From Callorhinchus milii (lineage: Eukaryota), in the NCBI RefSeq assembly GCF_018977255.1, contig NW_024704761.1:9734001-9798000 (forward strand): a stretch of DNA of 64,000 bases. Direction: 5' to 3'. Each line of letters starts with the position of its first letter. The first letter of the stretch is position 1. Position numbers and translations under genes: made by a program. Below the pieces are notes generated by a model. That model saw only the letters and a program-made list of their open reading frames with translations, had not been told where the DNA came from and made no database searches. Positions 63,801 through 64,000 of this stretch are shown piece after piece.

Positions 63801-63831
63801 AAGGAGGAAGAGCATGATATCCATTGAAAAG
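6571..63831 (+). CDS. MYO15B: Unconventional myosin XVB-like gene, 51 coding exons in window, 3'-incomplete (N-terminal extension, motor, 2 IQ, MyTH4, split FERM-like region, SH3)
   Basis: Manual splicing gives myosin motifs [80 protein letters not shown]; IQ motifs IQKNIRG and IQSHIRG; MyTH4 ([12 protein letters not shown]); SH3. Class XV domain order. Blocks such as [11 protein letters not shown] and [10 protein letters not shown] resemble XVB rather than XVA from my recollection (paralog call is inference). Three 1-bp frameshifts must be corrected. Confidence 0.9.
10073..10134 (+). CDS. MYO15B: Exon 2 ([21 protein letters not shown]), start of motor domain
   Basis: ttttcAG acceptor, GTAAGA donor; EDLSKL matches the myosin EDL..L start motif. 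Confidence 0.85.
10689..10752 (+). CDS. MYO15B: Exon 3 ([21 protein letters not shown])
   Basis: ttgcAG / GTAAGT; myosin L..RY...IY motif. Confidence 0.9.
10880..10989 (+). CDS. MYO15B: Exon 4 ([14 protein letters not shown]...ENPP)
   Basis: ttacAG / GTAAGT; purine-binding NPY loop. Confidence 0.95.
11030..11410 (-). mobile_element. Old DeuSINE/SacSINE1-like SINE interrupted by a CR1 3' end (11090-11229)
   Basis: Reverse complement reads ...ctcggttaataacagcctcagctctaagtcagaagattgtgggttcaag...ggctgacacccc...gaggtgccatcc...caggtggacgttaaagatccca; the insert is flanked by TGAACA twice. Confidence 0.72.
12150..12294 (+). mobile_element. CR1-type 3' end variant (gaactggatggacc...ttcttatgttctt)
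   Basis: CR1-like ttcttatgttctt terminus; a second copy lies at 59260-59318. Confidence 0.55.
12310..12384 (+). CDS. MYO15B: Exon 5 ([10 protein letters not shown]...EQCIIV)
   Basis: ttacAG / GTGAGT; PHIFAIA motif. Confidence 0.95.
13003..13099 (+). CDS. MYO15B: Exon 6, P-loop ([18 protein letters not shown])
   Basis: ctgttcAG / GTCAGA; Walker A P-loop. Confidence 0.93.
13170..13420 (-). mobile_element. Old DeuSINE/SacSINE1-like fragment
   Basis: Similar to 11030-11410 and 21100-21480. Confidence 0.6.
13687..13830 (-). mobile_element. CR1-type LINE 3' end
   Basis: atagaatc repeat tail plus gaggccattcggcccatcg. Confidence 0.78.
13955..14058 (+). CDS. MYO15B: Exon 7, switch I ([23 protein letters not shown])
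   Basis: ccacAG / GTAAGT; near-invariant myosin motif. Confidence 0.93.
14437..14865 (-). mobile_element. Long-form tRNA-derived SINE with a nested L2 tail
   Basis: tRNA-like head (tgtagtgtagtggttagagcgcttgcc...gggttcgc), central gcctctgtttaccaagcagc segment, Deu-like 3' part. Confidence 0.8.
15235..15443 (+). mobile_element. SINE 3' portion with (ATT)n tail
   Basis: gtgggacactgctgtgcacaattggctgcc...tatcaaatgcaaggattattatt. Confidence 0.85.
15661..15724 (+). CDS. MYO15B: Exon 8 ([21 protein letters not shown])
   Basis: ctttcAG / GTAAGC; YLLEKSR. Confidence 0.95.
16340..16453 (+). CDS. MYO15B: Exon 9 ([16 protein letters not shown]...YFYLNQ)
   Basis: ttcctcAG / GTAAGA; ERNYHVFY. Confidence 0.95.
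17140..17300 (+). CDS. MYO15B: Exon 10 ([15 protein letters not shown]...[19 protein letters not shown]), 1-bp frameshift at ~17219-17221
   Basis: gtatAG / GTTGGT. Length is 161 nt, one short of 162; adding one T to the TTT run restores the ILQLGNV frame. Confidence 0.85.
17477..17643 (-). mobile_element. Penelope-like 3' terminus carrying a hammerhead core (17538-17574)
   Basis: Reverse complement agttCTGATGAaAGGTCaccGACCTGAAAggttaact...gctgcctgacctgctg. Confidence 0.75.
17670..17900 (+). mobile_element. CR1-type LINE 3' end
   Basis: WNDLPERVV...[12 protein letters not shown]2 end plus gatgggccgaatggcctccttctgtgctgtaacattctatg tail. Confidence 0.85.
18048..18161 (+). CDS. MYO15B: Exon 11 ([23 protein letters not shown]...THRVT)
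   Basis: ttcttAG / GTGAGT; phase 0-0. Confidence 0.9.
19165..19223 (+). CDS. MYO15B: Exon 12 ([20 protein letters not shown])
   Basis: cattctAG / GTAATC; cardiomyopathy loop / TEDS region. Confidence 0.92.
19555..20075. repeat. 22-bp minisatellite (CAGGCTGATGGTGTTATGCTCC-like) split by a ~280-bp insert
   Basis: Six clear units 19929-20060 and about four degenerate units 19555-19650. Confidence 0.8.
20103..20226 (+). CDS. MYO15B: Exon 13, switch II ([16 protein letters not shown]...GIVDIYGFE)
   Basis: gctcAG / GTAAAA. Confidence 0.95.
20987..21082 (+). CDS. MYO15B: Exon 14, relay helix ([23 protein letters not shown]...QEQ)
   Basis: ccttAG / GTAACA. Confidence 0.95.
21100..21480 (-). mobile_element. 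Old DeuSINE/SacSINE1-like SINE
   Basis: L2-like tail aaagaaagaacttgcattt at the left end and a tRNA-like head (tttgaacccacagacttatgac) at the right end. Confidence 0.6.
21691..21822 (+). CDS. MYO15B: Exon 15 ([10 protein letters not shown]...[14 protein letters not shown])
   Basis: cactcAG / GTCAGA. Confidence 0.95.
22115..22460 (+). mobile_element. Old DeuSINE/SacSINE1-like SINE
   Basis: cactctcacctctgagtcagaaagttgcgagttcaaatccca...ggagtgtcacactgtcagaggtgc. Confidence 0.65.
22832..22957 (+). CDS. MYO15B: Exon 16 ([14 protein letters not shown]...[13 protein letters not shown])
   Basis: ttttaAG / GTATGT; [14 protein letters not shown] typical of class XV. Confidence 0.95.
23267..23344 (+). 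CDS. MYO15B: Exon 17 ([26 protein letters not shown])
   Basis: acacAG / GTTGGT; FLDKN. Confidence 0.93.
24088..24236 (+). CDS. MYO15B: Exon 18, loop 2 (MISDLFK...[20 protein letters not shown])
   Basis: tctgcAG / GTGAGC. Confidence 0.93.
24875..24920 (+). CDS. MYO15B: Exon 19 ([15 protein letters not shown])
   Basis: ccccAG / GTAAGA; FIRCIKPN. Confidence 0.95.
24955..25278. mobile_element. Two SINE 3' fragments tail-to-tail (+ 24955-25088, - 25165-25278)
   Basis: Both match the (ATT)n-tail SINE, in opposite orientations. Confidence 0.8.
25306..25430 (+). CDS. MYO15B: Exon 20 ([33 protein letters not shown]...)
   Basis: ttgcAG / GTACTG; SH1-helix region. Confidence 0.95.
25697..25814 (+). 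CDS. MYO15B: Exon 21, converter (YNVLLRS...YQIGVSK)
   Basis: cctacAG / GTAATC. Confidence 0.92.
26713..26992 (+). mobile_element. Non-autonomous Helitron (~280 bp) inserted in a SINE
   Basis: 5' TCTATACTAATAAA, 3' gcaacgggtacagATAG (CTAG-like), inserted between host A and T with no target-site duplication; the SINE resumes exactly after it. Confidence 0.75.
27045..27430 (-). mobile_element. L2-type LINE 3' fragment
   Basis: [16 protein letters not shown]...[16 protein letters not shown]...FKSHLKT plus (TTG)n tail. Confidence 0.88.
27576..27751 (+). CDS. MYO15B: Exon 22, end of motor plus IQ1 and IQ2
   Basis: gtgtcAG / GTTAGA; IFLK...[12 protein letters not shown]...[11 protein letters not shown]. 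Confidence 0.93.
30041..30131 (+). CDS. MYO15B: Exon 23 ([30 protein letters not shown])
   Basis: tgcacAG / GTAGGA; phase 2-0 fits neighbours. Confidence 0.85.
30170..30986 (+). mobile_element. Penelope-like retroelement 3' part (Cys linker, GIY-YIG endonuclease, 3' UTR with hammerhead core); decayed
   Basis: Translates [16 protein letters not shown]...[35 protein letters not shown]...RKLEEQ...[13 protein letters not shown]; hammerhead core at 30848-30884. Confidence 0.88.
32480..32772 (-). mobile_element. Long-form SINE, 5'-truncated
   Basis: Same central segment as 14437-14865 and an (ATT)n tail. Confidence 0.75.
34765..35620 (+). mobile_element. CR1-type LINE 3' ~850 bp, decayed RT C-terminus
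   Basis: [16 protein letters not shown]...DLGVLV...[18 protein letters not shown]...[14 protein letters not shown]...[13 protein letters not shown]...TRGHSLK...[14 protein letters not shown], then ttcttatgttctt tail. Confidence 0.93.
37111..37170 (+). CDS. MYO15B: Exon 24 ([20 protein letters not shown])
   Basis: Strong acceptor ttttctgtgtttgcAG, donor ATG|GTGAGT, 60 nt, phase 0-0; no motif support. Confidence 0.7.
38003..38510 (-). mobile_element. L2-type LINE 3' fragment
   Basis: Reverse complement of 41720-42585 type sequence, with (CAA)n tail on the + strand. Confidence 0.85.
40077..40134 (+). CDS. MYO15B: Exon 25 ([19 protein letters not shown])
   Basis: Long pyrimidine tract, ttgcAG / GTAAGT; class XV IPAEL block. 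Confidence 0.9.
40845..41262 (+). mobile_element. L2-type LINE 3' fragment
   Basis: [24 protein letters not shown]...LRS...GGRAFS plus tail gtgaaaggcgctatacaagtgtaatc(ttg)n. Confidence 0.9.
41718..42585 (+). mobile_element. L2-type LINE ORF2 C-terminal fragment with 3' tail
   Basis: NFLQLN..KT...[14 protein letters not shown]...LRNIARLR...[20 protein letters not shown]...[12 protein letters not shown]...LHWLPI..RIQFKIL. Confidence 0.93.
44408..44532 (+). CDS. MYO15B: Exon 26 ([17 protein letters not shown]...[19 protein letters not shown])
   Basis: tttccAG / GTCAGT. Confidence 0.9.
46020..46190 (-). mobile_element. CR1-type LINE 3' end
   Basis: atagaatcat...cacagaaggagggcattcggcccatcg. Confidence 0.75.
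46443..46538 (+). CDS. MYO15B: Exon 27 (VPQFEV...[21 protein letters not shown])
   Basis: ttctctAG / GTCAGT; MyTH4 lead-in. Confidence 0.9.
47038..47276 (+). CDS. MYO15B: Exon 28, MyTH4 (ILRFQGD...[16 protein letters not shown]...LEKPLLK)
   Basis: ttgacAG / GTAAGC. Confidence 0.95.
47504..47667 (+). CDS. MYO15B: Exon 29, MyTH4 end ([10 protein letters not shown]...[13 protein letters not shown]...)
   Basis: cccgcAG / GTATTT; R..PP..LE motif. Confidence 0.93.
47750..47940 (+). mobile_element. CR1-type LINE 3' end
   Basis: atgggccgaatggtctccttctgtgctgtaatattctatg tail. Confidence 0.78.
48579..48651 (+). CDS. MYO15B: Exon 30 ([23 protein letters not shown])
   Basis: ttttccAG / GTATGT; FERM-like SWTT motif. 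Confidence 0.92.
48751..48960 (+). CDS. MYO15B: Exon 31 ([13 protein letters not shown]...[13 protein letters not shown]...)
   Basis: ccacAG / GTGAGT. Confidence 0.9.
49590..49714 (+). CDS. MYO15B: Exon 32 ([24 protein letters not shown]...)
   Basis: catccAG / GTAAGT. Confidence 0.88.
50073..50158 (+). CDS. MYO15B: Exon 33 ([28 protein letters not shown])
   Basis: tccacAG / GTGAGT; class XV Y.D.LF.PV block. Confidence 0.9.
50298..50385 (+). CDS. MYO15B: Exon 34 ([29 protein letters not shown])
   Basis: ttgtAG / GTCAAT; class XV RMKGGG block. Confidence 0.9.
50401..50630. repeat. ~30-bp degenerate minisatellite (agtgtgagctgtggtgtgcagggtgggctg) split by a short L2 tail
   Basis: Units on both sides of gacgtgaaaggcgctatacagatctaattt(gtt)n at ~50490-50540. 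Confidence 0.65.
50801..50830 (+). CDS. MYO15B: Exon 35, 30-nt microexon (MPLIPSYPM)
   Basis: tatctgcAG / GTATGT; symmetric phase 1-1; composition matches flanking Met/Pro exons. Confidence 0.72.
50933..51103 (+). CDS. MYO15B: Exon 36, Met/Pro/Gln-rich (MPQMPQM...[13 protein letters not shown]...)
   Basis: gttccAG / GTAAGC; phase 1-1. Confidence 0.88.
51651..51793 (+). CDS. MYO15B: Exon 37 (MMMPQASS...[13 protein letters not shown])
   Basis: tctgcAG / GTGAGT; class XV FINQQAL block. Confidence 0.92.
52408..52671 (+). CDS. MYO15B: Exon 38 (AQQMTIQAM...polyQ...KPPKEK)
   Basis: gtttcAG / GTATGT; AQQMT.QA block. Confidence 0.9.
53195..53291 (+). CDS. MYO15B: Exon 39 ([13 protein letters not shown]...[12 protein letters not shown])
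   Basis: tctgtAG / GTGAGT. Confidence 0.85.
53375..53460. repeat. ~16-bp degenerate minisatellite (catgttagtgtggttc)
   Basis: About five diverged units. Confidence 0.55.
54298..54411 (+). CDS. MYO15B: Exon 40 ([17 protein letters not shown]...EKPK); 3' end ambiguous (54411 or 54442)
   Basis: ctcacAG; the in-phase donor is GTACAG at 54412. Confidence 0.75.
54686..54917 (+). CDS. MYO15B: Exon 41, poly-Pro ([13 protein letters not shown]...[17 protein letters not shown]...)
   Basis: tctgcAG / GTAAGA; class XV I..II..YQSRP block. Confidence 0.9.
55970..56048 (+). CDS. MYO15B: Exon 42 ([26 protein letters not shown])
   Basis: ttttccAG / GTATCT. Confidence 0.9.
56378..56692 (+). mobile_element. 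Young short-form tRNA-Ala-derived SINE, inserted just after a CR1 tail (56170-56367)
   Basis: Near-identical to 58384-58698; long (ATT)n tail. Confidence 0.9.
57183..57393 (+). CDS. MYO15B: Exon 43, poly-Pro (NDSNSS...[13 protein letters not shown]...SPPQ)
   Basis: ctttcAG / GTAAGG. Confidence 0.87.
57936..58039 (+). CDS. MYO15B: Exon 44 ([12 protein letters not shown]...[15 protein letters not shown])
   Basis: caaaAG / GTACAG; W..YLRKE block. Confidence 0.92.
58384..58698 (+). mobile_element. Full-length short-form tRNA-Ala(TGC)-derived SINE
   Basis: A box tagctcagtgg, anticodon arm CTCGC-tttgcaa-GCGAG, B box gagttcaattcc, Deu-like body, L2-like stem-loop tail and (ATT)n. Confidence 0.92.
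59350..59409 (+). CDS. MYO15B: Exon 45 ([20 protein letters not shown])
   Basis: cctgcAG / GTAAGA. Confidence 0.93.
60145..60220 (+). CDS. MYO15B: Exon 46 ([25 protein letters not shown])
   Basis: ttctcAG / GTAAGT. Confidence 0.93.
60644..60955 (+). mobile_element. Full-length short-form tRNA-derived SINE
   Basis: tgtagctcagtggttagagcactcgc...gggttcaattcc head; same body and tail as 58384-58698. Confidence 0.9.
61218..61336 (+). CDS. MYO15B: Exon 47 (ELKVG...[23 protein letters not shown])
   Basis: caacAG / GTAAGT; W..YFSRLFPV block. Confidence 0.93.
61673..61791 (+). CDS. MYO15B: Exon 48 ([21 protein letters not shown]...KVLQSY)
   Basis: gttttAG / GTGAGA. Confidence 0.92.
62394..62535 (+). 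CDS. MYO15B: Exon 49 ([17 protein letters not shown]...FLVELRK)
   Basis: ctggcAG / GTACGG. Confidence 0.92.
62922..63033 (+). CDS. MYO15B: Exon 50, SH3 N-half ([29 protein letters not shown])
   Basis: tcacAG / GTCAGT; SH3 L.F.KGD.I motif. Confidence 0.95.
63701..63831 (+). CDS. MYO15B: Exon 51, SH3 C-half ([14 protein letters not shown]...SIEK)
   Basis: gttgtAG / GTAAGA; SH3 W..G...G.FP motif; gene continues beyond the window. Confidence 0.93.
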
Positions 63832-64000
63832 GTAAGAAGCTTTGAACAGCAACCTATAGATAAGGTTGTTTTAAACACAACTAGTTATACCATAGTTATC
63901 TTTCATGGTCCCTGTGAGAGGACAGGTTGATGCAAGTTATTTATTAGACCCAATCCATATCTTGCAAAAGTGTTCACACCGAGTCGGGGGAAAGTGCGAG

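Noticed and set aside
1-64000. Prokaryotic defence, operon or phage system
   Set aside because: Exon-intron structure and vertebrate retroposons throughout; no long intronless ORF clusters.

Overview
Eukaryotic (vertebrate) genomic DNA. The repeat content (DeuSINE/SacSINE1-like SINEs, a tRNA-Ala-headed SINE with an L2-type tail, shark-type CR1 and L2 LINE ends, Penelope-like remnants) points to a cartilaginous fish, probably a chimaera (inference). Almost the whole window is one + strand gene, an unconventional class XV myosin most like MYO15B. I traced 51 coding exons by hand (6571-63831), all with GT-AG introns, and the gene runs off the 3' end. It encodes a ~1,090-aa N-terminal extension in one 3.3-kb exon, the motor domain (P-loop GQSGSGKT, switch I NNNSSRFG, switch II DIYGFE), two IQ motifs, MyTH4, a FERM-like region split by Pro/Met/Gln-rich segments, and SH3. 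Exon phases are consistent once three single-base deletions (~9057, ~9780-9791, ~17219-17221) are corrected. All three fall at homopolymer or doubled-base positions and are more likely assembly errors than true pseudogenisation. I found no convincing wholly new biological system. The best leads are hammerhead-ribozyme cores in three Penelope-like ends, a non-autonomous Helitron inserted cleanly into a SINE, a possible internal promoter for a headless myosin isoform, a decayed antisense coding-like segment upstream, and an unidentified coding-like remnant in intron 23.
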